A stretch of DNA of 64,000 nt from Takakia lepidozioides (Eukaryota; Plantae; Bryophyta), in NCBI GenBank assembly GCA_030704615.1, contig CM060731.1:45012001-45076000 (forward strand). The letters run 5' to 3'. The position numbers and the translations under genes are program-made. Shown piece after piece: positions 27,001-39,885 of the stretch. The notes beneath the pieces are model-generated. The model was not told where the DNA came from, made no database searches, and saw only the letters and a list, made by a program, of their open reading frames with translations. Numbering within the stretch: the stretch's first letter is position 1; each line of letters starts with the position of its first letter.

Positions 27001-28290
27001 TGCTGCTTGTGTCCATCGTCAGGAACTGTCGGATTGGTTTGTGAGAACAACCACGGTGCAGCTGAGCAGAGATTGAAACACGGCCTGCTAAGACCAAGCT
27101 CTCTCCCAAGAACCTTGTAAACATCAGGAAGAATACCAAATCATGGTACTAACAGGAGCCAACAGCCCATATTTACATGATGGACAAACTTCTTCACATC
27201 GTACATTAAGAAAAAGCCACACCTTGCGATTGCGGTTGTTGCACCATCGTGAAGGATCTTTACAAAATTCATGCCTGCTCTACTCCGTGCTGCAAATTCA
27301 GGGTCGAGTCTGATGAGCGGGCAAAACAGGCTGAAAGACGTCGAAGAAGGTGCCCTCACCACATTGTCCTCGACCTTGTGTCATGACCCATCGAGGATTT
27401 GACTGACCACCTCTTGTGTGTGCTGCTTGTGTCTGTAGTCAGGTAATGTCGGATTGGTCTGCGAGAGGATTGGTCTGCGAGAACCACCACGATGCAGCTG
27501 AGCGGGCGGAGATTGAAACACGGCTTGCTAAGACCAAGCCGACTTTCCCAAGAACGTTGTAAACATCAGGAAGAATACCAAATCATGGTACTAAGAGCCC
27601 ACATTTGCAGGATGGACAAACATCTTCACATCGTACATTAAGAAAAACCACACCTTGCGATTGCGGTTGTGCACCCAAGCTATTGCAGATCCTCCCAAGC
27701 AAACACAGCAAAACGATCAAGTCCCATAACTTACTCATCGCTGAACGCAATCTCGCAACCCTAAATCCATTTTGAATTATTTGGATGAATGTGTCGTAGA
27801 TGGATGGATTTTGGGTTTTCCATCAATCTATCCATCCATCCATTTAATTTTCCGTTCATCCAATAGTTGCCAATAAGGTGTTTGCTTTATCGTTCAATCA
27901 TACGTTCATCCAGTGCACACAAATTATATTTCATACGTTCATCCAACAACTACCAGCAAGGCGTTTGTTTATCATTCGTTCAGATAATTCAGTTGTTCTG
28001 TTTTACTAACCTTTCATACGTTCATCCAATAGCTGCCAGCAAGGCGTTTGTTTATCATTCGTTCAGATAATTCAGTTGTTTTGTTTCACTAACCTTAACC
28101 AGCACACGATTAGTTTACTATTAATGTGCTGGATTAGTGAAAAAATAGTTAAATGTTTTTACTTCTTATTATCCACGTATATATTGCTATATATAGTTTA
28201 TATATTGTGATTACACATGCCATTGCTTAACTGGTTGTCTCAGTCAGCTCATTTTAGGTAGTCAAAATCTCTCACTACAGTCAAAATTTT
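21037..28290. mobile_element. CACTA element 3 (Pack-type; right TIR deleted) inserted in the Copia RT
   Basis: Begins CACTACAATACAAG exactly where the Copia RT stops. Copia resumes at ~28291 without its YVDD segment, which suggests one deletion removed both the right TIR and that segment. The right boundary is approximate. Confidence 0.65.
21960..26580 (-). pseudogene. degenerate PLS-E-(partial DYW) PPR gene with N-terminal OSB PDF motif(s)
   Basis: Many P-L-S triplets. E domain DLLGRAGQLDEA...LGACRIHGNVEMAE...GVRKQPGRCWI (23472..23804) and DYW start HHSERLAIGFGLI (~23340-23380). N-terminal VKMLCEAGRLTEAL is in frame with the PDF motif (25849..26115). Numerous frameshifts. Confidence 0.92.
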
Positions 28291-28966
28291 CACCGAGCCC
28301 ATTGCCAAGTATCCATACCGAGAATGTGTTGGCTGTCTTCAAGTGCATCCCTAGGTACACGGTTTGATATCACGTACTCTGTCAGCAATGCCTCACGTTT
28401 CAGCAGCCGCCCCAGGAGCATCCATGTGACATCTGTCAAACGAATTCTGAAGTATATCAAGGGAACGTTGGGACATCGTATCACGTATGGCCCTAGTGAC
28501 CATCTACACCAACTTATCGTTTACTGTGATGCAGATTTCGCATCAGACCTTGACGACAAGAAATCCAGGTCAGGTTTCATCCTTATGCTAAACACCGAAC
28601 CCGTGGCTTGGGGGGAGCAGGAAGCAGACAAGTACTGCGGTGAGTACCACTGAATCCGAATATGTTGTTGTCTGTCTTGCCACTTAGGAGCTTTTGTGGA
28701 TGCGCAGACTTCTGGCAAGCGTTCGTTCTCCACAACGTATCCCGACAACCTTGTTCTGTGATAATCAGGCAGCGATATGGTTGGTCATCAATCCTGTCTT
28801 CCATCAGAAAACTAAGCACATCGATACGAAGTTCCACAAGACCCGTGACGCTCAACATGATGGTGATATCTCCATCACGTACATACCTACAGCGGATCAG
28901 ATCACAGATTTGCTGACCAAGCCGCTACCCCGAGATCGCTTTGTTCGACTTCGTGACTTAGGATGA
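28291..28966 (+). mobile_element. Ty1/Copia RT end and RNase H
   Basis: YPYRECVGCL, YCDADFASDLDDKKSRSG, LFCDNQAAI...KTKHID...DQITDLLTKPL. Confidence 0.95.
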
Positions 28967-29046
28967 ATGACAATTCCCCTTGACTCCCAGTAACGTACGA
29001 TGTTGAAGTGGGAGACGTGTTAAGTCAACACAGTGCTGAGTGGGAG

Positions 29047-29481
29047 TATTGGATATGTCCACTTCACCATTTAGTGGAAGACCAAGTCAGCACATTGTAA
29101 AGACTTAACACGTAATTGTACACTGAGGGATTGGGGGTTACTGCAGGGTTAGCTAGTGCACGTAACATGTAATCTACATAGCAGCCTCTTCTGGGCGGGA
29201 GAGTAGAGTCAAGGTTTAGACAATCCTGCAAGACTGTTCTCTTCTTGTTCTTGAGAGTGAGTAGTGCGTCATGTGTGAAGGACTGAGGTTTGCCTGAGCT
29301 AAGGTTTAGCAAGAGGCTAAGTAAGTGTATGCTCTGGTACCAAGCCTTTGGTATACAGCATGTAAGTGACTACTTGTTTAATATATTCTGATTGCCTGTC
29401 AAGCAAGTGTGTGGAGTCAGTTTGTAAGAGTTGTGATATGTTAGTACCCTAGGTACTATAGCTATATTGATACTTCCAATA
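29047..29481 (+). mobile_element. Copia 3' LTR
   Basis: Follows the polypurine tract GAGTGGGAG; terminal inverted repeat TATTGGA...TCCAATA; Gypsy integrase sequence resumes at 29482. Confidence 0.75.
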
Positions 29482-32400
29482 TGTAAGCTCATTGTGAATC
29501 ATAGCAAGATGAGTAGCAAGGTTTTCTACAGCAGGGCTTTCAACAGTCTTCATGTGGAAAGAGTTTGCTCGAGGATAATGACCATAATTCGAAAAAAATG
29601 GAGTTTGCTTGGTCGAAGAATGTATAGTGTTGTTGTAGGCAAACTCAGCCAATGACAGAAGGTCCGTCCAATTATCTTGGTGATAATTTATTGTACAACA
29701 AAGATACTGCTCCAAAATCTGGTTTACACGTTCGGTTTGACCATCAATATGTGGATGATTAGCTGTAGAGAGGTTGATCTTAGTATCCAATATATGAAAT
29801 AATCCCCTCTAGAAATTTGATATGAACTGTGGTCCTCGATCAGATACGATGTCCTTCGGGAGTCCATTAATGCGGTAGATATTATTGAGGAAGAGTCTTG
29901 CAGTTTCCTCGCCGGTAACCGTCTTATTACATGGAATGAAATGTGCCATATTCGTAAAACGATCTACAATAACAAGGATTGAATCGGTGGTCTTGGAAAT
30001 TGGAAGGTCCGTAATAAAGTCCATAGACACGGACGACCATGGGCCCTTGGGAACGGGTAATGGTTGAAGAAGGCCGTAAGGTCGATGTCGTGGTCCCTTC
30101 GCTCTAGCACACGTGTCGCAGAATTTTATAAATTCTTTCACGAGTTTCCACATCTGTGGCCATCAATAGTTCCTGGATATCAATTCCATTGTTTTAATGA
30201 AGCCGAAATGTCCTACAACCGGAAGATCATGACATGTTTGAAGAATTTGAAGTCGTGTAGGTCCTGGAGGTACATAGAGAAGTCCCTTGAAATAAAGTAA
30301 GTCATCTTTGAATTCGAAGTCATTTATAACATGTGGGTTGTCTCGAGGTCGATTTAGTTGACTTCGTAATGTCGTAGCAAATTGGTCGCTCTTCAATGCT
30401 TCCTGAATTTTCTTTATGATCTGTACATCGTCGTAGGTGGACATGGATAGCATATTCAATTGGAGATTTGTTGGTTTCAAAATGATGGATTTCTGTAGGT
30501 CAAAAGCTGCATCCCCTTCTTTTGACGCAAGATACGATCGTCGAGAAAGAACATCTGGTTTTCTTTGAAGATATTCGGGACGGTAGGTTATAACAAAATC
30601 AAACCTTGCTAGTGACATACTCCATCTCGCTTGTCATCGATTCAAAACACGAGCACTTATAAAATACTCGAGGTTTTTGTGATCGGTATAGACTGTGACC
30701 TTATGTTTAGCTCCCTCCAATAGATGACGCCACTCCTCAAAAGCATCGATAATCACTAGAAGTTCTTTGTCATGGATTTTATAATTGGTCTCCGCAGCGG
30801 AAAATTTGCGAGAACAAAAACCAACAGGGTGAAGTCGGCCATCTGTACCGTATTGAGATAGTACCGCGCCAAGTGCAAAGTCCGATGCATTTGCTTCCAA
30901 AAAGAATGGTTTAGATGGGTCTACATGTACCAGTATTGGAGCCGTTGTAAATGTCTGCTTCAGCCTTTCAAATGCTTGGTCGGCCTTCTCGTCCTATACA
31001 AATTTGTCCTTCTCTGTGAGTCGTGTCAATGGTGTAGCAATTTTGGAGTAGTCCTTGATGAAGATTCTATAGAAATTTGCAAATTCTAGAAAACAATGTA
31101 CATCTCGGACCGAAGTTGGTTTAATCCACTTGATGGTGGTTTGTATTTTATTCTGATCCGTAAAGACTCATTTGTCGGAAATAATGTAGCCCAAAAATTT
31201 GACTTCAAAGTGGGGAGAAAGACATTTTTCCAACTTGGCGTATAGTCCTTTTTCCTTCAATTTATCAAGGACTAGGCGTACATGACAACCATGTTTTTCT
31301 TCATTCTGTGAAAATATCAAAATGTCGTCCAAATAGATGACTACAAAGTCATCTAAAAATTCTCGAAAGATGTCATTCATCATGTGTTGAAAAATTGCTG
31401 GAGCATTTGTAAGACCGAAAGACATAACACTGTATTCGAAATGTCCGTACCTTGTGCGAAAAGCAGTCTTCCATTCGTTTTTTTTTTTTATTCGTACAAG
31501 GTTGTAAGCTCATCTCAAGTCGAACTTTGTGAAAAAATTTGCTCGTCCAAGTTGTTCGAGGAGTTCAGAAACCAGCGGTAGTGGGTAACGATTTTTTATA
31601 GTGACTTTGTTGAGCCCATGATAGTCCACACACATGCGTAATGATCTGTCATTCTTCTTCATAAATAAGATAGGTGCTCCCGCGGGTGATTTCGAATGTC
31701 GAATAAAATTCTTTGACAAATTTTCATCAATGTATTCGCGTAAAGCAGTCAGCTCCATCTGAGATAAATTGTAGATTGGGCCGAACGGTGGTTGAGCTCA
31801 TTCTTGCAACTCAATTGCACAATCATAAGGTCGATGTTCTGGCAACATGTCTGCATTTTTCTTTTCAAAGACATCCTTGAAATCTTGATATTGAGTGGGT
31901 AATGTCGAAGTACCTTGGTCTGTTGTGGTTTTGATCGGAGTCGCATAAAGTGCAAATGTCGCGTCTTTCTTCGTAGCTCTCATGAAGGCTCTAGTTCTAA
32001 GAAACAGGGTTGAATACCTTTAGTACTTTTGCATTTTTGTCTTGCCGAAATTTTTCGTGATCGCCAGTCGATGTCAGGATTATGAAGTACAAACCAGGGA
32101 AGTCTTAGGATCACATGATTCGTTGGAGATTGGATGACATTGAAAACAATCTGTGATGCTTGATTTTTAAGCTTCACTTCAAGGGGTCGAGTTTCATGGT
32201 CAATATTTCCTAATGCTAACAATCGTCCATCGATGACTTCAACAGGGGCCGAGAATTTCTTTCTTACGAGCGTTAAATTATATTGCTTCATATAGTCTTT
32301 GTCAATAAAAACACGCTGAAGCGCCCGAGTCCAAAAGTGCTTCTACGGAGATATCTCGATTTTGCATCCTGATCTTTACTGGAACTGTGAAACAAAGTAC

Positions 32401-33550
32401 AGGGTCTGGAGGTAGAAAAAGATTTTTTTTTTAGTAAGGAATTTGGGGGGTCCAGCCGCATGGTCCCTACTGTGACTAGACATCTTCGTTTTTTGACCTC
32501 CTCGTATCGAACACTTGAGTTGTGCCCGAGCTTTGAATCTTCTCTTGTTAGGGCAGTTTAATGTCATGTGATCATCTTTTCCACAATAAAGGCATAATCC
32601 ATTTGAGCGTCGTCTTTGTTTTTCTTGTGGAGTCAATGGCTTGAATCGGACAACATCAATTTGTATATGATCATTACCGGATGTCTGATGAATCGTTGAG
32701 TTTGATGCCGTAGTAGCAGCGGCATGGTGCGTCGTCGACCATCTAGATCGCTTCTCTTGATGTCTTTCGAACAAACGATTATCGCATGCAATGACTTAGG
32801 TGATGAATTCGCTCAGTGTACTCACGTTTGGCATTATCAACAACAAATCTTTTACATCCTCTTTTAGGCCACATCGAAAGTGACTAATGAGACTCTTCTC
32901 ATTCCAGTCGAGATCACACACAAGTTGTCGAAATTCGGCAGCATAAACGGAAGCTGGACGTGCTCATTATCAAAGATTTTGCATTTTTATCTCTATAACT
33001 CTCTCTCTATCATTTTCTCCAACCGTTGCAGTGAACTCGGACATGAACGCTTCAAAATTGTATAGTAAATGCGAATTTTTCTCTAGTAGCGGTGCAAACC
33101 AAGATAGGGCAGTGTCTGATAGAAGTGTGCCCACGAATCCCACTTGAATACCTTCATCAAGGTAGCGTTGTGGATGTAGTCGTAGGAACAATCGTACTTG
33201 TTGAACAAAACCGCGAAATCTTGATCTCGTCCTATCAAATTTTTCGGGCATGCTGACTTTTGATTCCCTTGTAATCTGTTGAAAATTTGGAGGAACCGTT
33301 GCAGTAAGATTTGTTGTAGTAGGGACTCGTAAGGTTGAAGATCCATTATTTGACTCCTTCAACTCTGAAATTTGTTGTTGCAAATTGTTGAGAGCGTTGT
33401 CAAGATCTTCAGACTGATCAACTTGTAGTTGGGCAGTAGAGGCACAAAGTTCTTGCATCTGGAGCTGAAAACTATGCAATGTGACAACCATTTCCGCAAA
33501 TGTTCCTTCCATCTTAACTAGCTAAGGAACAAACTTGAGTCTCGCCAAAC
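29482..33550 (-). mobile_element. Ty3/Gypsy (Tf1/Tcn1-like) gag-pol, degenerate and truncated in the integrase
   Basis: Gag (MPEKFDRTRSRFRGF, CLYCGKDDHMTLNC), protease ALLDSGAS, RT (YLDDILIFS), RNase H (ANASDFALGAVL) and integrase (PWSSVSMDFI, IVSDRGPQF, GQTERVNQ); many stops. Confidence 0.95.
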
Positions 33551-34136
33551 TGTCAAGGACAAGAACATGACTGAACACAAACAAGATATCAGACTAGAAG
33601 TATAAGACTAGACAAGAAGTCAAGGTCGGCGTGGCCGTATGCACGATGAGTAAATAGGAATCAAGACGATCTTTATGACAATGAACAAGAGTACAAGATA
33701 TTGGAACACGACTTGTATATTGGAATGCTGGAAACTGGACTCGAATACCAGATACTGGAAACTGGGCTAGAGTACTGGGAACTGGAAACAATAGTAGCTT
33801 GAACTGGTATTGGCGAGACTGAAGAGTGCCCAGTCTCGCCTCCTACATATACTCGCTACTAAGAAGCTTCCCTAAGAAGCTTCCCCTATGGAGGTTTCTT
33901 GATGGAGAAGCTTCCTTAAACAAATGAGGTATCTTGATGGAGAAGTTTCATCCAAAAGAAGCTTCCTGAGCAGTTTCCCAAGTTATTCTTGGTAATTTGG
34001 TAAATCCCCGGTAACTTGGTAAGTAATGGTAAATCATGGTAAATCACGGTAAGTAATGGTAACTTTTGGTAACATGGTAACTTGGTAACTTCTGGTATTT
34101 ACTCCTGGTAAGTTCTTCTGGGCTATGTCCGTGACA
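33551..34136 (-). mobile_element. 5' LTR of the Tf1/Tcn1-type Gypsy element (586 bp)
   Basis: TGTCACGG...CCTTGACA on the minus strand, directly upstream of gag; matches 1668-1766 plus 14003-14507. Confidence 0.93.
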
Positions 34137-35800
34137 TACGTCCCCTTCGGTACCATCTCTTTCACTTCATCTTTCTTGGAGAATGCCCTTGATCAGGATG
34201 TCATTCATTCCGATTATCTCATTCATCGCCTTGGGGACCTACAGGTAACCTAATATGGCATCCTAACGAAATACTTTATCCAACGGTCATCGTATCTTCT
34301 CAGGACCTTCCCCCCTACTCCTAAGTTTTTGCGTTTATTGTCAGGGTCTGGTGCTACCATCATGAATATCTCAAGTCGTCTTCTGGGACCGGGGGCTTTG
34401 GACGGATCCGAGAGAACTAAATTAGCTCGCCAACAAGCTATCATTCCCATCTCCTTCGGAGGTGTAGGCTTGCACTTTAATCCCCTCTGCATTCTTGGGC
34501 AGCTGGGCGTTAATCGCCCCTGCCCTTGCATCCCGCTTTCTGTGTAGCCTTGAACGACCCCTGCTCATGGACCCCATTGCTCACATCGACACTTATACCT
34601 TCTCTTTCCAACAACATCTTCACTCTGCACGATATGTTCTTCCAGCGCCAGCATGAGCGCATCTTCCTCCATTCCAGTAGTTGCTTGCTCAAGACATCGA
34701 TCACCTACAAGAGACTATCATGGATCGCGTGCACTGACACTCCTTCTCCAGCATGCTTTTCAGTAACTCTTCCTCTGATGTGCATGGTCCTGGGCTTTTA
34801 TCTTGTGCAAGCCCAGGTGCAGGCGCATGGTTGTCGGCACTACCCACCATTACCCCTTTTCGCTTGTCATCACCTATCTTTGCCCCGGCTCTTCGTTTGC
34901 GACTTGGACTACCGCATCCCTCTGTGTTTGGCCAGCGACATTGTGTTTGCTACCAGCCTATCAATGCACGTGCTGTCCACCTCCTTCAATGTCAATATGG
35001 TGGAGATCGCACCACCACCCATGACGTCGTCCGAGACGTTGTTGCATCGATTACACGAGAGGCTGGTTTGCATGTCTTGTGAGAGCAATCTCATGTCCTC
35101 ATTTCTCGACAACCAAGTTGTAGCCCAGTGGTAATGGGCACATACCACCTCGGAAGTGGTTGTGGGTTCAATCCACCCTTGATGTCATAAAGTGTCCACC
35201 TTCCTAACGGAAGGCAGTAACCCTTCGGGGTGAAGAGACACCATAATTTATGCTTCCTTCGAGAGGCGTCAAATATTTTTATTATTATTTTTTCCTCACT
35301 TCTCACACTCTTCGATCCACTCGAGGATGCGTCAACATTATCATATCTCGAGATGGTCTTCGTACCCTAGCCGACGTTATCATTGCCGACCCTACCCAAT
35401 CCGACCTACTTTCACGTTCGACATCCTCCCAGGCCAGCTCCACAGCTTTGGTGGCTGCTCAAGACAAGGAACGCGACTATCAGGACAAACATCCTGCTGA
35501 CACTTTCATCCCTTTGGCAATGGAGGTATTTGGCTGTCTCCATCACCAGTTTGACGACATATTCCGTTCATGTGGCCATCAAGCGGCTCAAAACAAGACC
35601 ACGGACATTCCATATGACTCTGTTCTTGTGGTTTTTTATACACAAAAAATAACCGTTGCATTACAAAGAGCTCAGACAATGGCCATTTTACATTAGGCAG
35701 ATGTAGCTGGATTTGCTTCATCCCATCCCCCAACTCTCCTGAACATTACGTCCATGTTGGCCTCCGACCTCCTTCAAGCAGTAGGATGGGATGACTGATC
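34137..35800 (+). mobile_element. CRE-type non-LTR retrotransposon, 3' half (post-RT, CCHC, restriction-like endonuclease)
   Basis: PISFGGVGL, GAGAWLSALP...ALRLRLGL, HLLQCQYGGDRTTTHDVVRD and LADVIIADPT...KERDY...FIPLAMEVFG. Confidence 0.85.
35108..35292 (+). mobile_element. tRNA-derived SINE (~185 bp) inserted in the CRE element
   Basis: A box TAGCCCAGTGG (35121-35131), B box GGGTTCAATCC (35164-35174), T/TAT-rich tail, and 12-bp TSD TCCTCAYTTCTC (35096-35107, 35293-35304). Confidence 0.8.
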
Positions 35801-37139
35801 AGTTTGTTAGTTTAGCTTGCTTCTGTTTCCTCCCTTTCAATGAATTTACAGAGCCTACTATTCAATACACAGCCCATCGAGGGGGGCAATGGATCCATTG
35901 TTCGATCGTTTATGCAATCTCTCCTAAAAATGATCTGAAATGACTTTAGTGGAAAGGAAGAAATTTCATTTTGGCCTTGATGAAAATCATATTTCAAAGG
36001 GTGATACCTACATTTGATGTTAGCTTTGCAATTCAAAAGAAAAAACATGAATACGAGTTGGTTGAAGGGAGGGACAAATCATTAGCCATATCAACTCCCC
36101 CTACCCTCGTAGCAATCTAACATGAAACAAGGCCGGAATGTCAGGAATTTGTCGATGCCATGGACATCTGCCGACTACTTCTCATCAAACAGGTTACCCC
36201 ACATTTTCATATCATTGCATGGCAAATGGTATTTTTGTATTTATGGGAAACTCATCAAGGCAAGCAATTCCAATTGACCGAAACTCATCAAATATACAAG
36301 TGCTTTGGAAACTTTGACCAATCACTCTACCAGACACTAATTGTACTAAGATTCCACCTCAGATCATGACAACTACTAAAAAAGCCCTCCTGCAGTTTTT
36401 CTGGATGTTTATATATCAATTTGTCTGATGCTAAATCAAAATAACTAAAATGTGTAGTAATACCAATTCCAAAACAGTCATAACCAAAATAGAAGACTGC
36501 ATATAAATATATGAAGCAAGGTAGTTTGTTTGTTTGTTTGTTTTGTAGCATTGAGATGTCATAGCATACTTCCCACTATCTCTTCCATTCACTGGCTCCG
36601 GAGTGGGTATATTGACCACTATCTCGGGGTAGGTTCGATAGGCTCAACGATCAAACTGGGCGATATCGCTGGTGGTATTGGACAAATATCGGGAATAACT
36701 GGCAACGATACTGGAGTGATATCGGCTGTCTTGGGACCGTTTCCACGATAGGGCCCATAGGATGCAGCTTGCAATTTCTCATTGTTATCGCTTTAACCAT
36801 GTGATAATCCATATCGGATGAAACAAATCTAGGAAACGATTGTTCAAAAGGCATCTCTTCATCTTCAATTTTGGAATTCCTTTCAGCTTAGTTCTCATGA
36901 CCGCACTATCGAATAAAGATGGGCTTGCATGGCAGCTCTTGTCTTCTATAAAACCGTGAACCTTGACCCAATTGACAGGGCAACTAGCATTGGATGGCCC
37001 AAAGGAATGAGAGCGTCATGGTGCGGTGCGGGAGATGTCGAATTTCAAGTACTTTTGGTCGATGGAAATTTGCGAAAAATACAAAATGGATTTCCTAGGA
37101 CATTGATTGGAATCATTGGATATAATACTACTCAATAAA

Positions 37140-37480
37140 TTCATGGAATAAAATAAATTGGGCCTTGACATGGGATATGTACTTGGATACATAAAAGATT
37201 GCACTTGGGCTTAGATGACACCGGACACTTGGCCCTCTACATGGGAGATGCACTTGGATACATGAATAGAAGATTGCAGTTGGGCTTAGATGGGCCTCAA
37301 CATAGAGACGCTCTTGGATACATAGAAAATTGCACTTGGTCTTGAATTTCAATTCTTCACACATAGGCCAAAGGCACAGCCTGCCCTAGAGGTTGCACTT
37401 GGGCCTCGATATAGGAGACGCACTGGGATACATAGAAAATTTTGCACTTGTGCTTAGATGACACTAGACACTTGGGCCAA
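37140..37480. repeat. degenerate tandem repeat
   Basis: Recurring GCACTTGGGC / CACTTGGATACAT / AGATG blocks. Confidence 0.7.
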
Positions 37481-38235
37481 TGGAACAGGCTACCCTAATA
37501 CACCACTATTTACAAGGTAAAGTTGGTTGTCGCCTGCCCAAGAGAGACAGGACTGAAAAACCAACCCCGTGGAGAATGCGGATTGCTTTCTGTTGACCGC
37601 AAACAGGTCTTTTCACGTTAAATTTTAGGCTATGAGGATGTTCCAGAAACTCTATGCACATGTGCCTGTCCTGTCATGCCGTTACTGAATGAATTATATA
37701 GTGGGCAGGGTTTCTTCTGTCAATCATCGTGCTCTTGGTTATTGGTCAAAACTCTGCGAGGTGACAAGTTGCTGGAGACATGTTGTCTTCAAATTCATTG
37801 CAGATGCTTCTGGATATTTTGAATGAAGCTCAGCGCAATCTTCGGTATAAGCTTTGGGTTTGTACCACAAGCAAACCCTTCTCTGCTGCACATAGACCAT
37901 GGCTGCAAGAGTCAATGCCCACACCCGAATCACAATATCACCAGCTTTGGAATAAAAATTCATGACTGAGTTGGCACATATAATCACAATAGTATGACTT
38001 GAAAGGAGGTGTGCGGAGCCTATGTACGTTTGGGGCAGCAATCATAACATCGTAACTCCAATTTAGTACATAATATGCACAGGGAGGTTTGGTCAAATTC
38101 CAATGTGGAAATTAGTTTAAAATTGCTATGAAGATTGCCTGATATTCAGAACTAAGTAGGGGATTTGCAAATTGAACCATTCCCTGATTGGACACCAGGG
38201 AAATTAAGTCCAAACATCCTTTTCAAAATTTAGTG

Positions 38236-38503
38236 GACTTTTCCAGGTGGCACTTTTCCTTAAAAACTCCATATGGTATTATGAGCCGTATTATGATACA
38301 CTTTCCGGTGGCACTTCTATTGAGATTCCAGATGGCATTATAATAGACTTTCCAGGTGGCACTTTTTTTGAGATTCCAGATGGCATTATAATACACTTTT
38401 CAGGTGGCACTTTTTTTTATATTCCACATGATATTTTGATATTCCAGATGGTCTTGTGATACACTTTCCAGGTACTTCTTTTGATGGTATTATAATACAC
38501 TTT
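38236..38503. repeat. ~48-bp degenerate tandem repeat
   Basis: Recurring CACTTTCCAGGTGGCACTTT...GAGATTCCAGATGGCATTATAATA. Confidence 0.8.
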
Positions 38504-39736
38504 TGGTGTCCATATATAGCAACTTCCCTTGCTTCCTACATATGCAATTTGTCTCTGATGTGCAGTGCACATAAGCTAAAATAAAGGCCAAGAGGCTATT
38601 GTTACTGCAGTTGCCTCCATTGAGGTCCGCCATACAATGCATAGTTGAGGTCCCCTGTACAATCCCTTCTCATAAACAACTGCTGAAAGTCACAAAGGAG
38701 CTAGCAAGAGGTGACTGCAGCACTCACGCTACCATCTCCTTCACCTCTTCCCTGCCCTAAAAACAAAGACGAACCCCCACAATTAATAAAATATGGCCAC
38801 AAAACACGCAGTTCACTACTTGGTTACTAGAATCACCCCAAGACAGGGTGTGCTGATGCATTTAACACATGGGCACTTGAAATGATTTAGTTATGGAATG
38901 AAAACCAAGCAATGAGTGCCCTTACACATCTGTAGGGTAAAGGATGGCGCCCATTGTACTTCCAACAGCGTTGAATCATATTGTAGTGGGTAAGCATTGC
39001 TCCCTGCACAAATGAAGGCAAGGCACATAAAGGCACATCTTGCATGAACACAGATTTGCTAACAGTGCTGGTGAAGGATGAAAGAGACTGTACCTGTGAT
39101 ATAGATCACACCTTCAACTCATTCAAATAGTGTATTCTTACGAGCGTGGTGTTGTGTACACTTGAATCTATGATTATATAAGAATGGAAGCCTGGGAAGC
39201 AGGAATCATGACTACTAATCTCTCCAAGTTAAAGACTCACAGTTTACTGAACTCCACTGACTGCAACAAACCAATCAGCCACCCCAGCCATTACCTTTAG
39301 ACCTGCAGACCTTAAACTGTAAAGGTGATGTCTTCAAACACAAACAGGTTCCATTAGTTTAAGCTGAGAACCCTGGGTGTATTGTGCCGAGTAAGCCCCA
39401 GACAGAGAAGCCATCACTTAAGAAGAATATGTACCAACAATTAATAAACACATACAGGACTATGAAATTGCAGACTGGTGTAGGTCCCACTCATCAAACA
39501 CTTCATTTCTGTAAACATAGACTAATAAGAAACACTTGTGGCTCACAAATGACTCACTTCCTAGGTTTGCATCCAAGTGGCCGAAAACAGAGGAACAATA
39601 AACATTAGGGCAAAAACAATTATTGTCATATGTTATCCATTGATCTGTCCCTTACAAATTCTTAGTAATAGAAACAAGTGAGCCTCTCCCACTTTTCTTT
39701 CTTGGGTGCGTGAAAGGTGAGAGACAGAGAGAGAAC

Positions 39737-39885
39737 CTCCAAAAGAATCACGAAGCATGCGGGTCAACTTGGAGTCACGAATAGGCACATGTGGACTGTT
39801 TCAGCAAGGGCATTGATGCACTTTCCCAATGCTGTCAGAGACAGGTTGATGGATTTGGCCTCTTCTAGGGTATGGCCCTCACTGC
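39737..39885 (-). pseudogene. isolated kinesin motor-domain exon (armadillo-repeat kinesin-like) with a 1-bp frameshift
   Basis: AG...GT-bounded; GSEGHTLEEAKSINLSLTALGKCINALAE-(frameshift)-SPHVPIRDSKLTRMLRDSFG. I could not recognise neighbouring exons. Confidence 0.85.

Noticed and set aside
35108-35185. tRNA gene
   Set aside because: A and B boxes are present but there is no convincing cloverleaf; the TSD and tail indicate a SINE.
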